A program made the translations under genes and the position numbers. From Escherichia coli (GTDB lineage Bacteria; Pseudomonadota; Gammaproteobacteria; Enterobacterales; Enterobacteriaceae), in NCBI RefSeq assembly GCF_009931435.1, contig NZ_CP043414.1: 64,000 nucleotides of DNA. One strand, written 5' to 3'. Below, piece after piece: positions 38,145 to 55,637 of the stretch; the first letter of the stretch is position 1, and every line of letters starts with the position of its first letter. A model generated the notes under the pieces. That model was not told the origin of the DNA. It searched no databases and saw only the letters and a program-made list of their open reading frames with translations.

Positions 38145-38417
38145 TTAATGTATTCTGTTTATTTTCTTACCATTGAACATACTTTTATTGTCAGCTATCG
38201 CTGTTCTTCTGTTTGGCCCTCCTGTATCACTGTTGCTAAAATCACGAATTATGCTGTCAATTAAATCTCGTCGGAAAGCATTTTCCTCAGCCGATTTCAT
38301 TACGAGTAATTGCTTAATAAGAGTCTGCAACGAAAAATTTATCTTCATGCGTAATATCTGGAGCACCGCCTGGCCAGTAATTTCATGTTTTATACTTTCA
38401 TTATCAGATGTCTTCAT
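38145..38417 (-). CDS. ymgA: Small connector protein YmgA
   Basis: 90-aa translation matches YmgA. Confidence 0.8.
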   Translation of the reverse strand: MKTSDNESIKHEITGQAVLQILRMKINFSLQTLIKQLLVMKSAEENAFRRDLIDSIIRDFSNSDTGGPNRRTAIADNKSMFNGKKINRIH

Positions 38418-38459
38418 AACGACTTCATAGTTAATCTGTCAAATAATCAGGCTGTCACA

Positions 38460-38696
38460 TTATTCAAAAAGCAACCCAATTAGTGAATTGTAGTGTTTCT
38501 GTTCCTCTTCCCCTGTCGCTTGCTCCAGTCGACAAAGAAGTTTGGTACAAAGCGACTTTCGACTCAGATTACGTCCATCTTTCAAAATTTCAGTCACAAT
38601 TTCCCCGAGGGTTTCCTGCTGAGTAGGCAAGTTAGCTTTTGCAAAGTAACGAGTAATTGCCCCCGCAGAATCTGAAATCACTGAATTTTGCTGCAT
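38460..38696 (-). CDS. ycgZ: Small protein YcgZ
   Basis: 78 aa MQQNSVISDSAGAITRYFAKANLPTQQETLGEIV...; matches YcgZ; first gene of the ycgZ-ymgA-ariR-ymgC operon. Confidence 0.8.
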   Translation of the reverse strand: MQQNSVISDSAGAITRYFAKANLPTQQETLGEIVTEILKDGRNLSRKSLCTKLLCRLEQATGEEEQKHYNSLIGLLFE

Positions 38697-39009
38697 GCTA
38701 CGCCTCTATTAAAAATGTTAAACGTTGTTAAGTGCAGTAACAATAGCAAACTTGTACGAAATATGTGTACAGAATGATAAATTATTTTTTTGCAATTAGT
38801 GCTAACACCTATAAAACAATGAGATACGTAAAAATTATTTGCATCATTTGACTGACAACCTATACAAGATTCCAAACGAACTCATCTTCAACTTTTTCCA
38901 CCTTTTATAAATGTAAAGAAACAGTTATGTTTTGGTATTAAAAGAAAGACACAAGCAGATATGTCTGTTACCGTCTTACTCTCGCCTCGCCCATTACCCT
39001 GGATTGTTA

Positions 39010-40221
39010 ATGCTTACCACCCTTATTTATCGTAGCCATATACGTGACGACGAACCTGTCAAAAAAATCGAAGAAATGGTTTCGATAGCAAATCGCAGGA
39101 ACATGCAGTCTGACGTAACAGGGATCTTACTGTTTAATGGTTCTCATTTTTTCCAGCTTCTGGAAGGTCCGGAAGAACAGGTTCAACTGATATATCGGGC
39201 CATATGCCAGGATCCACGGCATTATAATATTGTTGAACTGTTGTGCGATTACGCGCCTGCTCGCCGTTTTGGCAAAGCAGGAATGGAATTATTTGATTTA
39301 CGCCTGCACGAGCGAGATGACGTTTTACAGGCCGTATTCGACAAGGGTACATCAAAATTTCAGCTAACTTATGATGACAGAGCGCTACAATTTTTTCGTA
39401 CTTTTGTCCTTGCAACCGAACAAGCAACCTATTTCGAGATCCCTGCCGAAGACTCCTGGCTTTTTATCGCTGACGGTTCTGATAAAGAACTTGATTCCTG
39501 TACCCTTTCACCAACTATAAACGACCACTTTGCCTTTCATCCTATTGTCGATCCCTTATCGCGGCGAATAATCGCTTTTGAAGCCATTGTGCAAAAAAAT
39601 GAAGATAGCCCATCAGCTATAGCGGTTGGGCAGCGTAAAGACGGGGAAATCTACAAAGCGGATCTCAAAAGTAAGGCACTTGCATTCGCGATGGCACACG
39701 CACTTGAGCTCGGTGATAAAATGATTTCAATCAATCTATTACCTATGACCCTGGTTAACGAGCCTGACGCGGTCTCTTTTTTACTTGATGAAATAAAGGC
39801 CAATGGTTTGGTGCCTGAACAAATTATCGTGGAATTTACTGAAAGTGAGGTCATATCTCGGTTTGATGAATTTGCCGATGCTGTTAAATCACTTAAGGCT
39901 ACCGGTATGAGTGTAGCAATTGACCATTTTGGCACAGGTTTTGCTGGTTTGTTACTCCTGTCACGCTTCCAGCCTGACAGAATTAAAATCAGTCAGGAAT
40001 TGATTACCAATGTTCATAAAAGCGGGCCTCGGCAGGCAATTATTCAGGCGATCATAAAATGCTGTACATCACTTGAAATTCAAGTCTCTGCGATGGGTGT
40101 GGCAACACCAGAAGAGTGGATGTGGCTTGAATCTGCAGGAATTGAGATGTTTCAGGGAGATCTGTTTGCCAAAGCTAAATTGAATGGTATCCCTTCAGTT
40201 GCGTGGCCGGAGAAAAAATAA
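39010..40221 (+). CDS. bluF: Blue-light sensor BLUF-EAL protein (anti-repressor of BluR)
   Basis: 403 aa from MLTTLIYRSHIRDDEPVKKIEEMV... (BLUF domain) with C-terminal degenerate EAL domain; matches BluF (YcgF). Confidence 0.9.
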   Translation: MLTTLIYRSHIRDDEPVKKIEEMVSIANRRNMQSDVTGILLFNGSHFFQLLEGPEEQVQLIYRAICQDPRHYNIVELLCDYAPARRFGKAGMELFDLRLHERDDVLQAVFDKGTSKFQLTYDDRALQFFRTFVLATEQATYFEIPAEDSWLFIADGSDKELDSCTLSPTINDHFAFHPIVDPLSRRIIAFEAIVQKNEDSPSAIAVGQRKDGEIYKADLKSKALAFAMAHALELGDKMISINLLPMTLVNEPDAVSFLLDEIKANGLVPEQIIVEFTESEVISRFDEFADAVKSLKATGMSVAIDHFGTGFAGLLLLSRFQPDRIKISQELITNVHKSGPRQAIIQAIIKCCTSLEIQVSAMGVATPEEWMWLESAGIEMFQGDLFAKAKLNGIPSVAWPEKK

Positions 40222-40425
40222 TTTTCAGCACATTATTTCACATGATTTCTGGAAATCATCGTGAAAATGAATACGTTATGTTTTAATTTAATCCACATTA
40301 AAAATAATGTTTTATCCAATTTAGCTGAAATCTTATTTATACTTTGTACAATTTTAGCGTATATTGTACAAAGTATTATTGGGTCGTGTACAGGCGACGG
40401 AGATTTATGAGCGCAAGGAGGAATT

Positions 40426-41157
40426 GTGGCTTATTACAGCATTGGTGATGTTGCTGAACGTTGCGGGATTAATCCTGTCACTCTCCGGGCCTGGCAACGC
40501 CGCTACGGTTTGTTAAAACCACAGCGCAGTGAAGGCGGACACCGACTCTTTGATGAAGAAGACATACAACGCATCGAAGAGATCAAGCGTTGGATAAGTA
40601 ATGGCGTCCCTGTAGGCAAAGTTAAAGCATTACTGGAAACCACCAGCCAGGATACGGAAGATGACTGGAGCCGCCTGCAAGAAGAGATGATGTCAATTCT
40701 TCGTATGGCTAATCCTGCCAAACTACGCGCGAGAATTATTTCACTGGGTCGAGAGTACCCGGTAGATCAATTGATTAATCATGTTTACCTTCCTGTTCGT
40801 CAGCGTCTCGTGCTTGATCACAACACCTCCCGCATTATGAGCAGTATATTTGACGGCGCATTAATTGAATACGCAGCAGCCTCACTTTTCGAAATGCGCC
40901 GTAAGCCCGGTAAAGAAGCCATTCTAATGGCGTGGAATGTTGAAGAGAGAGCACGATTGTGGCTGGAAGCATGGCGTTTATCATTGTCAGGATGGCATAT
41001 TTCTGTCCTTGCTGATCCCATTGAATCGCCGCGCCCGGAACTGTTCCCGACGCAAACATTGATTGTCTGGACAGGCATGGCACCAACGAGAAGGCAAAAC
41101 GAACTTTTACAACACTGGGGTGAGCAAGGTTATAACGTCATCTTTCATGCCCCCTAA
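40426..41157 (+). CDS. bluR: MerR-family transcriptional repressor BluR
   Basis: 243 aa, N-terminal Mer[31 protein letters not shown]; matches BluR (YcgE). Confidence 0.9.
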   Translation: MAYYSIGDVAERCGINPVTLRAWQRRYGLLKPQRSEGGHRLFDEEDIQRIEEIKRWISNGVPVGKVKALLETTSQDTEDDWSRLQEEMMSILRMANPAKLRARIISLGREYPVDQLINHVYLPVRQRLVLDHNTSRIMSSIFDGALIEYAAASLFEMRRKPGKEAILMAWNVEERARLWLEAWRLSLSGWHISVLADPIESPRPELFPTQTLIVWTGMAPTRRQNELLQHWGEQGYNVIFHAP

Positions 41158-41378
41158 TTTCACCTTTATCCCGCCCCTTAGACAGAATCTTATAATCTGA
41201 ACCCACAACAGCGTTTGTACCGGAGCTGATCCGTTGCAAAATGCTCACCGGGAGAATTCAGGTAACCCCCCCTTTCACACTTTGTACATATCACAGCCAA
41301 AGGACAGACCAGCTTGAAGTGAGAAAACCGATCGTGCACACTACGCACTCTCACAACTAACAAAAGGTTATTATCCTG

Positions 41379-41783
41379 ATGGATCAGGTCGTTGTTTTTC
41401 AAAAGATGTTTGAAAAAGTGAGAAAAGAGCAAAACTTTTCCTGGTTTTATTCAGAGTTAAAACATCACCGTATTGTGCATTACATTTATTATCTGGCTAC
41501 GGATAACATCAGAATTATTACTCACGATGAAACAGTTTTGTTATTAAGAGGAAACCGTAGCCTGTTAAAAGTCAGTACAACCAAAAACCCAGGAAAAATT
41601 AAAGAGGCGGCATTGCTTCATATTTCTGGGAACTCTACATTTTGGGAGTATTGTACAACACTGGCAAGTGCTGGCGTTTTCCGCTGGGTAACCGATGTTA
41701 ATAACAACAAACGCGGCTACTACGCTATTGATAATACGCTGTTGTATGTTGAAGATGTGGAAAATAACAAGCCATTAATCTAG
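41379..41783 (+). CDS. ycgX: DUF1398-family protein YcgX
   Basis: 134-aa translation matches YcgX. Confidence 0.8.
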   Translation: MDQVVVFQKMFEKVRKEQNFSWFYSELKHHRIVHYIYYLATDNIRIITHDETVLLLRGNRSLLKVSTTKNPGKIKEAALLHISGNSTFWEYCTTLASAGVFRWVTDVNNNKRGYYAIDNTLLYVEDVENNKPLI

Positions 41784-42177
41784 CAAAATTTTAACACATC
41801 AGAGATCTATCATAATTCAGTAAAATAACAAAATATTATCAGGAACGAGTTAACGCTGCTCATAACAGTCAAACCGATACTATAAAACCCAATAATTGAA
41901 ACCTTTTCATCATGTCAGTAAGATAGTCATCCTTATGATCTTTATATAAAAAAGCCAACCATGGTGGTTGGCAAAGTGGCACAAACCAGCATAAAAGCTA
42001 TGCTTTGTTTAAAAACCTTCTTTAAATTAAATATATATCGTCCTGACTAAACAGAACTAAAACGGAATGAATTATTTAATCATGTTACTAAATTTGATTT
42101 TGTTTAGCCTCTGTTGAGATCCCTTGTTTTAAATTTCATTTGGATAAAATTCTTAATTAAATCCTTGGGAGTCAATT

Positions 42178-42438
42178 ATGTCTATGCAAAGTCAAGGAAT
42201 GAACTTTGAAATGAACCTATACGCATATTTGAATAAATATGATAGTCGGCTTTCAGAAGAAAAACTTGCAATTGATAAGGCAGTTAGAGATTTATATCTT
42301 TGCAACGAACGCGTGGATAACAAGAGAATTATACTGAAATTGCTCTCATTTTTATCATCTGCTGATGACATTGTTGAAAAAGATATTATCAGGAATGCTT
42401 TGGAAGTGGTGCTTCTTTTTACATTAGACGATATTTAA
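42178..42438 (+). CDS. AriR/YmgB-family small protein (additional paralog)
   Basis: 86 aa; C-terminal two-thirds align with AriR (…DNKRIILKLLSFLSSADDIVEKDIIRNALEVVLLFTLDDI vs …[40 protein letters not shown]); GGGAG RBS 8 nt upstream. Confidence 0.7.
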   Translation: MSMQSQGMNFEMNLYAYLNKYDSRLSEEKLAIDKAVRDLYLCNERVDNKRIILKLLSFLSSADDIVEKDIIRNALEVVLLFTLDDI

Positions 42439-42686
42439 GTCATCTCAGGAGTTTTAATACACGAAGAGTGCCCGGATACTAGCGATTATATTCATATTTA
42501 ATTATGAGTGCGGGGAAAGAGATTATGCATTGGCATATTTCTCTAACGTCCGCGATAGAAAAACAACTTTAAATATAAATAAAGAACAAACCACCTTTGC
42601 ATTCAACCTCATCTGAGCTGACTATAGTACAAATTATATTGATATTCTTTATCAACATCATTGGAACAGAAGAATAAGGCGAAGAA

Positions 42687-43010
42687 ATGAAGTGTATAGT
42701 AATTGATACTGTAATACAACCTTCGTGTGGTATATATTTTTCAGTCATATGGAGCGATATAAAAATGATCATTTGGTATCGTTCAAATATCTTTCTCCCA
42801 CCTGGCAGCATATTTACAGTTATTAAGTCAGGTATTATACTCGAGGATAAAGAATATCCGATCAGTATTTTTAACGTGGCGCTATTCAACAAAAATTTAT
42901 GGAATTTAATCAAAAATAGTCAAGAGTGTCCTACAGAATCAAACAAAATTACGAATAAATGCCTGCATAAGCATTGCATTATGCAAATATGTCCACATGG
43001 TCTCAAGTAA
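42687..43010 (+). CDS. iraM: Anti-adapter protein IraM (stabilises RpoS; PhoPQ-regulated in K-12)
   Basis: 107 aa [31 protein letters not shown]...CPHGLK; matches IraM. Confidence 0.88.
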   Translation: MKCIVIDTVIQPSCGIYFSVIWSDIKMIIWYRSNIFLPPGSIFTVIKSGIILEDKEYPISIFNVALFNKNLWNLIKNSQECPTESNKITNKCLHKHCIMQICPHGLK

Positions 43011-43061
43011 TGGGGGTTATTTAACCTTCCCTATATGCTATAGATAAATCTACCAAAAACT

Positions 43062-43090
43062 GCCCCTTCGTAGAGGGGCTCTATGATTTT
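43062..43090 (+). terminator. Rho-independent terminator after iraM
   Basis: gcccct tcgtag aggggc hairpin followed by T-rich tctatgattttgtttt. Confidence 0.7.
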
Positions 43091-43606
43091 GTTTTATTTG
43101 AAGGCATGGTGCTGAATGTATTCGTTGAATCCAGATTCAACACCTGAAGCTGCACTTAACCCATAATACTTGTTTCTGGTTCCTCTACCGAGTGGTCAAA
43201 CAATGATATGTATGTGACGTCAGAGTTTATTTTTTTAGTGTTTAATGCTATTAATTTAACGTAGTTACCTATCTTTTTTCTACCTTCTGAACTAACCTTA
43301 GGTTTCAACGTATCCGGCAGGAGGGGCTATCCCCAATCTTAAATTTTGCTTCCCGATTTGCTCAAGCCAAAGTTTTAATTTTACAACCTATAAACCTGAG
43401 TTAAATCAACCTCATGGTGCTGTCTGTTCCCGCTGTGGAACAAGACTCACTGCAACATCTTGCATTCCTAAACTTCGCAGAAGGCGATGGGCAAAAACTG
43501 TACTGTAATGTTATTTCGATGTCTCTTATGGTAAATAGGAGGCGTCGAGGCTAAGTGAGTAGCCTGCTTGCTTCTCAAGCCTGGATACTATCAGCATTCA
43601 CGTCAG

Positions 43607-43645
43607 ATGAAATGATGATATTTCGCGTAAGAAAGAGGCATTTTT
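43607..43645. repeat. 39-bp repeat, copy B (see 33961..33999)
   Basis: 37/39 identity to the sequence just upstream of the autotransporter gene. Confidence 0.8.
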
Positions 43646-43744
43646 TTATCAACTTCACATCGGAGATGGTAATAATCCTATGGGTCCAGTCCATATGAGG
43701 GGGTCAACATACTATAAAATTCACAATCATAAATTAACTATATA

Positions 43745-45220
43745 TCAAGAACGCCAAAAAAATCCTGAAAATAGTATAATAACAGGGTAAATTTCAAGTC
43801 GACCAAGAATCATAGCAATACACATGAGATATTTTGCAATATCATTAAGAACACCGAATGAGGATGCGGTAGCCCCAAAACCCAGCCCCATATTATTAAT
43901 GCATGCAGCGACTGTCGCAAATGATGTAAGGAAATCATATCCCATACCGTTTAGCACCAGTATAAAAAACACTGTAAAGAAAGTATAAAGAAAAAAGAAA
44001 CTCCATACAGACCTCATTACGCGGTCTGTAACAATCTTCCCTCCTACATTTACACTAAGCAATGCTCTGGGATGAGAAAGCTGATTTATTTCGTGTTTAC
44101 TTTGTTTAAAAAGTATAAGAAATCTAAGTGATTTAATTCCGCCGCACGTTGAGCCTATACATCCCCCAAAAAAACTTGACAGCAGCAAAAAAACTATCGT
44201 ATGTGTGGGCCAGTTTGAATAATCCTGCGTAGCTAAACCATTATCAGTGAGCATGGAGCTAGCAAGAAAAAACGAATGAACAACACTTCCAGTTAAGTCA
44301 TACATACCTATATGCCAGACCTGGAAAGAGGTAACAATGATAACACCTGAAGCTATTAACAAAAAGAAACGAAGTTCAACATCTCTGAGTAAGGGTTTTA
44401 TTGTTTTCCTGCTTATAACAACATACCAAAGAGTGAAGTTGAAAGCCGATAACAGAGAAAAAGAGCCCGCCACCAGTTCAATCAAATAATTATTGAAATA
44501 ACCGATACTCTCACTATGAGTTGAAAAACCGCCAAGAGAAACTGTAGAAAGTCCATGACAAATAGCATCAAACAACGGCATTCCTGCAAGTCGATAACAA
44601 ACAATACAAGCAATGCCTAATAAAGAATAAGTTATCCAAAGTGTCCGCGACGTATCAGCCAGGCGTGGAGTCAGTTTGTCATCCTTAAATGGTCCTGGCA
44701 TTTCTGACTGATAAAGTTTTGCACCACCAATACCCAATAATGGCAACACAGCAACTGCCAGAACAATAACCCCTAAACCGCCTATAAAATTTAATTGTGA
44801 CCGGTAGAACAAATATGCCCGAGATAATGAACTGACATCATCAATTACTGTTGCTCCTGTTGTTGTTATTCCGGAAACCCCTTCAAACAGCGCGTCAGCA
44901 AACGTTAAATTAAGCTCTGAATCAATCCATAATGGAAATGCGCTAATAATAGAAAATAAAATCCAAAACATTACAATTATAATAAACCCATCACGGGTGC
45001 GTAATTGAATGCCAGATTTTTTAGTGGTATACCACGCTCCGCCACCAATACAAAAAAATATAACAAAAGTAATAAAAAAAACGAACAAGCTTTTTTCTTT
45101 ATAAAACAATGCTACAACCATTGGTGGTAACATTGAAAGACTATAGAGCCAGACCAAGAACCCACACATATGAGTTACAACTCTTACATGAGATGTATTC
45201 ATATCCAAATGTTCTTTCAA
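43745..45220 (-). CDS. TrkH/TrkG-family K+ uptake membrane protein (orphan, AT-rich)
   Basis: About 485 aa multi-TM protein; family-typical segments FADALFEGVSGITTTGATV, GGIKSLRFLILFKQ, ILGRLEIYPVIILFSGFFWRS parallel TrkH (ITDAFFESFSGLTTTGATT, GGLKVIRILLLFKQ, LFGRLEVFTLLVLFTPTFWRE). Track ORF begins with TTG at 45220; first ATG at 45202. Confidence 0.8.
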   Translation of the reverse strand: MKEHLDMNTSHVRVVTHMCGFLVWLYSLSMLPPMVVALFYKEKSLFVFFITFVIFFCIGGGAWYTTKKSGIQLRTRDGFIIIVMFWILFSIISAFPLWIDSELNLTFADALFEGVSGITTTGATVIDDVSSLSRAYLFYRSQLNFIGGLGVIVLAVAVLPLLGIGGAKLYQSEMPGPFKDDKLTPRLADTSRTLWITYSLLGIACIVCYRLAGMPLFDAICHGLSTVSLGGFSTHSESIGYFNNYLIELVAGSFSLLSAFNFTLWYVVISRKTIKPLLRDVELRFFLLIASGVIIVTSFQVWHIGMYDLTGSVVHSFFLASSMLTDNGLATQDYSNWPTHTIVFLLLSSFFGGCIGSTCGGIKSLRFLILFKQSKHEINQLSHPRALLSVNVGGKIVTDRVMRSVWSFFFLYTFFTVFFILVLNGMGYDFLTSFATVAACINNMGLGFGATASSFGVLNDIAKYLMCIAMILGRLEIYPVIILFSGFFWRS

Positions 45221-45629
45221 TTATAACCACCTTACTGCAATGTCATGATTATACTGTATAAATTTTAACTCTTCTTAGATCTTACTTCACTGGTCCTTAT
45301 GAAACAATCAGCAAAATGAATCTTATTATAACACTGTTCGGTTATGTATTGTTGAGCCTTCCCGCTGGGCCTGCATCATTACAAGTCGCTCCCTATGGGG
45401 CTTTGTCGAATAAATAATTTTTCGGTAAGTGTCCCCTGAGCAGGTTGTATCTTCAGGCAGTATGAACACTTTCTGGTATACCTACCTTCGTCATTATGTT
45501 CAGCGTATGCACCATGACCAAAGCCTCTGCAACCGGCCTATCATAATCTAGCAGCATCAGAGAACCTCAGAATAACTGTTTTACCCTGTACATTGCCGTT
45601 TCCGCTATTGAGCAACGATTGTAATCTTT

Positions 45630-47617
<1,988 letters not shown>

Positions 47618-48113
47618 TCAATCGCTGATACGCGACTGCACAGTTACGGTCGGCATACTCACCGGGCCAGTAACCCGCTCCTTTTTGGGGTGGGATGAGC
47701 GCGCTGATTTTCACACGGCGCAGCTGCTCGTAACAGAGCCGAGAGGCGTAAACTCCGTCTGCTGCTGTCCTGATTTTTTGATGGGTTTGCCGGATTAATC
47801 CGGCTACACCTCTACATCCGTTACGCTGAATGCTGAGGTCGCCCTTGGGAAGAAGGCATTGCTGACTTATACCAATCCGAAATCACCTACTCGTCCAACC
47901 AGACAGGGAGGGGCCTCGGTTGATAAGAGCTCTGTTATTGATGTGCCAGTTGGTGATTCTAACTTTTGCTTTGTAACGGGACGAGCCGTGTTGGCAGATG
48001 ATGTGTGGTCTGATCCTTAAACTCAGTAAAAGTACGATTTATTCAAAAAAGCCCCTCCACTATGATTTCGATTTAAGGGGCTGATGATTATGTAACGCGA
48101 ATTTACCGGATCC

Positions 48114-49499
<1,386 letters not shown>

Positions 49500-49811
49500 T
49501 CAGGGGGGTTGATATTCCGGATCGTGCCGTGTTTGCCCACGGCTCCCCCTGGAGAGCTGCAGACCTGTTTATTTAACTCGCACAGCGCCGGGGCCTGTCA
49601 GTAAACAGGGAGCATAACCGTCGTGCCATTAAACGCCAGACGGGAGATCATTATTATTTTATTAATACAGATCCGTTGCATTCCGGTCTTTACCGCAGTT
49701 TAAAAGAAAAGAGAATAGGGACTTAGGCAGTAGAGCAGTCATTGGACAGACCACACTACCCCAAACTAGCAGGGGAGTTTTGATAAAATTTTAATAACCG
49801 TTAGCAGGCTA

Positions 49812-49845
49812 ACAAAAAAACAACGGGCGTGTTATACGCCCGTTT
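49812..49845 (-). terminator. Rho-independent terminator after icd
   Basis: On the minus strand: aacgggcgt ataac acgcccgtt hairpin followed by tttttttg. Confidence 0.8.
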
Positions 49846-49867
49846 CAATATTTAACACATGTAGTGA

Positions 49868-51118
49868 TTACATATTCTTGATGATCGCGTCACCAAACTC
49901 TGAACATTTCAGCAGTTTAGCGCCTTCCATCAGACGTTCGAAGTCATAGGTTACGGTCTTGGCATTGATTGCGCCTTCCATACCTTTAACAATCAGGTCA
50001 GCCGCTTCAGTCCAACCCATATGGCGCAGCATCATCTCAGCGGAGAGGATGATAGAGCCTGGGTTAACTTTGTCCTGACCAGCATACTTCGGCGCAGTAC
50101 CGTGGGTGGCTTCAAACAGCGCGCATTCGTCACCGATGTTTGCGCCTGGGGCGATACCGATACCGCCAACCTGCGCTGCCAGAGCATCAGAAATGTAGTC
50201 ACCGTTGAGGTTCATACAGGCGATAACGTCGTATTCAGCCGGACGCAGCAGGATCTGTTGCAGGAATGCGTCAGCAATCACGTCTTTAATAACGATCTCT
50301 TTGCCGGTGTTCGGGTTTTTGACTTTCAGCCACGGCCCGCCGTCGATCAGTTCACCGCCAAACTCTTCACGCGCCAGCTGGTAACCCCAGTCTTTAAACG
50401 CGCCTTCGGTGAACTTCATGATGTTGCCTTTGTGCACCAGGGTCACAGAGTCACGGTCGTTAGCAATTGCGTATTCGATCGCGGCACGAACCAGACGTTT
50501 GGTGCCTTCTTCCGAACACGGCTTGATACCGATACCGCAATGTTCCGGGAAGCGAATTTTCTTCACGCCCATCTCTTCACGCAGGAATTTAATCACTTTC
50601 TCAGCGTCGGCAGAATCAGCTTTCCATTCGATACCCGCATAAATGTCTTCCGAGTTTTCACGGAAGATAACCATATCGGTCAGTTCAGGATGTTTAACCG
50701 GGCTTGGGGTGCCCTGATAGTAACGTACCGGACGCAGGCAGATGTAGAGATCCAGTTCCTGACGCAGAGCTACGTTGAGAGAACGAATACCGCCGCCAAC
50801 CGGAGTGGTCAGAGGGCCTTTAATGGCAACGCGATATTCACGAATCAGATCAAGGGTTTCAGCAGGCAGCCAGACGTCCTGACCATAAACCTGTGTGGAT
50901 TTTTCACCGGTGTAAATTTCCATCCAGGAGATTTTACGCTCGCCTTTATAGGCTTTCTCGACTGCAGCGTCGACCACTTTCAGCATGGCTGGGGTTACAT
51001 CTACACCGATTCCATCACCTTCAATGTAAGGGATAATCGGATTTTCAGGAACGTTGAGTTTGCCGTTTTGCAGGGTGATCTTCTTGCCTTGTGCCGGAAC
51101 AACTACTTTACTTTCCAT
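49868..51118 (-). CDS. icd: NADP-dependent isocitrate dehydrogenase
   Basis: 416 aa [45 protein letters not shown]...; matches Icd. Confidence 0.96.
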   Translation of the reverse strand: MESKVVVPAQGKKITLQNGKLNVPENPIIPYIEGDGIGVDVTPAMLKVVDAAVEKAYKGERKISWMEIYTGEKSTQVYGQDVWLPAETLDLIREYRVAIKGPLTTPVGGGIRSLNVALRQELDLYICLRPVRYYQGTPSPVKHPELTDMVIFRENSEDIYAGIEWKADSADAEKVIKFLREEMGVKKIRFPEHCGIGIKPCSEEGTKRLVRAAIEYAIANDRDSVTLVHKGNIMKFTEGAFKDWGYQLAREEFGGELIDGGPWLKVKNPNTGKEIVIKDVIADAFLQQILLRPAEYDVIACMNLNGDYISDALAAQVGGIGIAPGANIGDECALFEATHGTAPKYAGQDKVNPGSIILSAEMMLRHMGWTEAADLIVKGMEGAINAKTVTYDFERLMEGAKLLKCSEFGDAIIKNM

Positions 51119-51289
51119 TCACCTCTCCTTCGAGCGCTACTGGTTTGCTCGTCTGCCACCACGTTGCATATGCGTTTGCGTCCTGCGATACGGATGCGTT
51201 AGAGCAATTTTTTGTTAATGATTTGTAATTAGCTTGTCAATACTACCCTATTGTTTGCCGTCATGAAAGATGCGCGTTATTAGGCTATA

Positions 51290-51943
51290 ATGCGGCACTT
51301 CATAATCTCTGAAAATACCATGCAAAAAACTTCTTTTAGAAATCACCAGGTTAAGCGATTCAGCTCGCAACGTTCTACCAGGCGAAAACCTGAAAACCAG
51401 CCCACGCGTGTGATCCTGTTCAATAAACCCTACGATGTTCTTCCGCAGTTCACCGATGAAGCCGGACGCAAAACATTAAAAGAATTCATCCCGATTCAGG
51501 GGGTGTATGCGGCAGGTCGTCTCGACCGCGACAGCGAAGGGTTACTGGTGCTGACCAATAACGGCGCTTTGCAGGCGCGTTTAACCCAGCCGGGTAAACG
51601 TACCGGGAAAATCTATTATGTACAGGTAGAAGGTATTCCCACGGAAGACGCCCTTGAAGCGTTGCGCAATGGCGTAACCTTAAATGATGGCCCTACCCTG
51701 CCCGCAGGTGCGGAGATGGTTGAGGAGCCGGAATGGTTATGGCCCCGTAATCCGCCAATTCGTGAACGAAAAAGTATTCCCACCAGCTGGCTTAAGATCA
51801 CCTTATATGAAGGACGTAATCGCCAGGTGCGCCGCATGACCGCCCATGTTGGTTTCCCCACGCTGCGACTGATTCGCTATGCGATGGGGGATTACTCTTT
51901 GGATAATCTTGCCAATGGCGAATGGCGAGACGCGACAGATTAA
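51290..51943 (+). CDS. rluE: 23S rRNA pseudouridine(2457) synthase
   Basis: 217 aa; RsuA-family catalytic motif [19 protein letters not shown]. Confidence 0.9.
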   Translation: MRHFIISENTMQKTSFRNHQVKRFSSQRSTRRKPENQPTRVILFNKPYDVLPQFTDEAGRKTLKEFIPIQGVYAAGRLDRDSEGLLVLTNNGALQARLTQPGKRTGKIYYVQVEGIPTEDALEALRNGVTLNDGPTLPAGAEMVEEPEWLWPRNPPIRERKSIPTSWLKITLYEGRNRQVRRMTAHVGFPTLRLIRYAMGDYSLDNLANGEWRDATD

Positions 51944-51952
51944 GGATGCAAA

Positions 51953-53574
<1,622 letters not shown>

Positions 53575-53609
53575 TTATTGTCTTTAATTACAACAAGGAA
53601 GCAGTGAAC

Positions 53610-54251
53610 GTGGCAAAGAATTACTATGACATCACCCTCGCCCTGGCCGGAATTTGTCAGTCGGCACGCCTGGTGCAACAACTCGCTCACCAGGGGCATT
53701 GTGATGCCGATGCGCTACACGTCTCACTCAACAGTATTATTGATATGAACCCCAGCTCGACGCTGGCGGTTTTTGGCGGTAGCGAAGCCAACCTGCGCGT
53801 CGGGCTGGAAACCTTGCTCGGCGTGCTCAACGCCAGCAGTCGCCAGGGCTTAAACGCTGAGTTAACCCGCTACACCCTTAGCCTGATGGTGCTTGAGCGC
53901 AAACTCTCCTCAGCGAAAGGCGCGCTCGACACTCTGGGCAACCGGATCAACGGCCTGCAACGACAGCTCGAACACTTCGATTTACAGTCCGAAACGCTGA
54001 TGAGCGCGATGGCCGCCATCTATGTTGATGTTATCAGCCCGCTAGGCCCGCGCATTCAGGTCACCGGTTCCCCTGCTGTACTGCAAAGCCCACAGGTGCA
54101 GGCGAAAGTCCGCGCCACCCTGCTGGCAGGCATTCGCGCCGCCGTGCTCTGGCACCAGGTCGGCGGCGGACGTCTACAACTGATGTTTTCTCGTAATCGC
54201 CTGACCACTCAGGCAAAACAAATTCTTGCTCATTTAACCCCGGAGTTGTGA
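53610..54251 (+). CDS. hflD: High-frequency lysogenisation protein HflD
   Basis: 213 aa from GTG start (V)[28 protein letters not shown]...; matches HflD. Confidence 0.9.
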   Translation: MAKNYYDITLALAGICQSARLVQQLAHQGHCDADALHVSLNSIIDMNPSSTLAVFGGSEANLRVGLETLLGVLNASSRQGLNAELTRYTLSLMVLERKLSSAKGALDTLGNRINGLQRQLEHFDLQSETLMSAMAAIYVDVISPLGPRIQVTGSPAVLQSPQVQAKVRATLLAGIRAAVLWHQVGGGRLQLMFSRNRLTTQAKQILAHLTPEL

Positions 54252-55625
<1,374 letters not shown>

Positions 55626-55637
55626 GCCTCAAATCAG

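Noticed and set aside
50021-51202. 393-aa plus-strand ORF antisense to icd; similar long antisense ORFs at 14370..15230 opposite dadA, 52822..53346 opposite mnmA, 54786..55517 opposite purB and 16241..16954 opposite ycgB
   Set aside because: They lie entirely within well-supported conserved genes on the opposite strand, lack RBSs and have low-complexity or odd composition; these are typical shadow ORFs.
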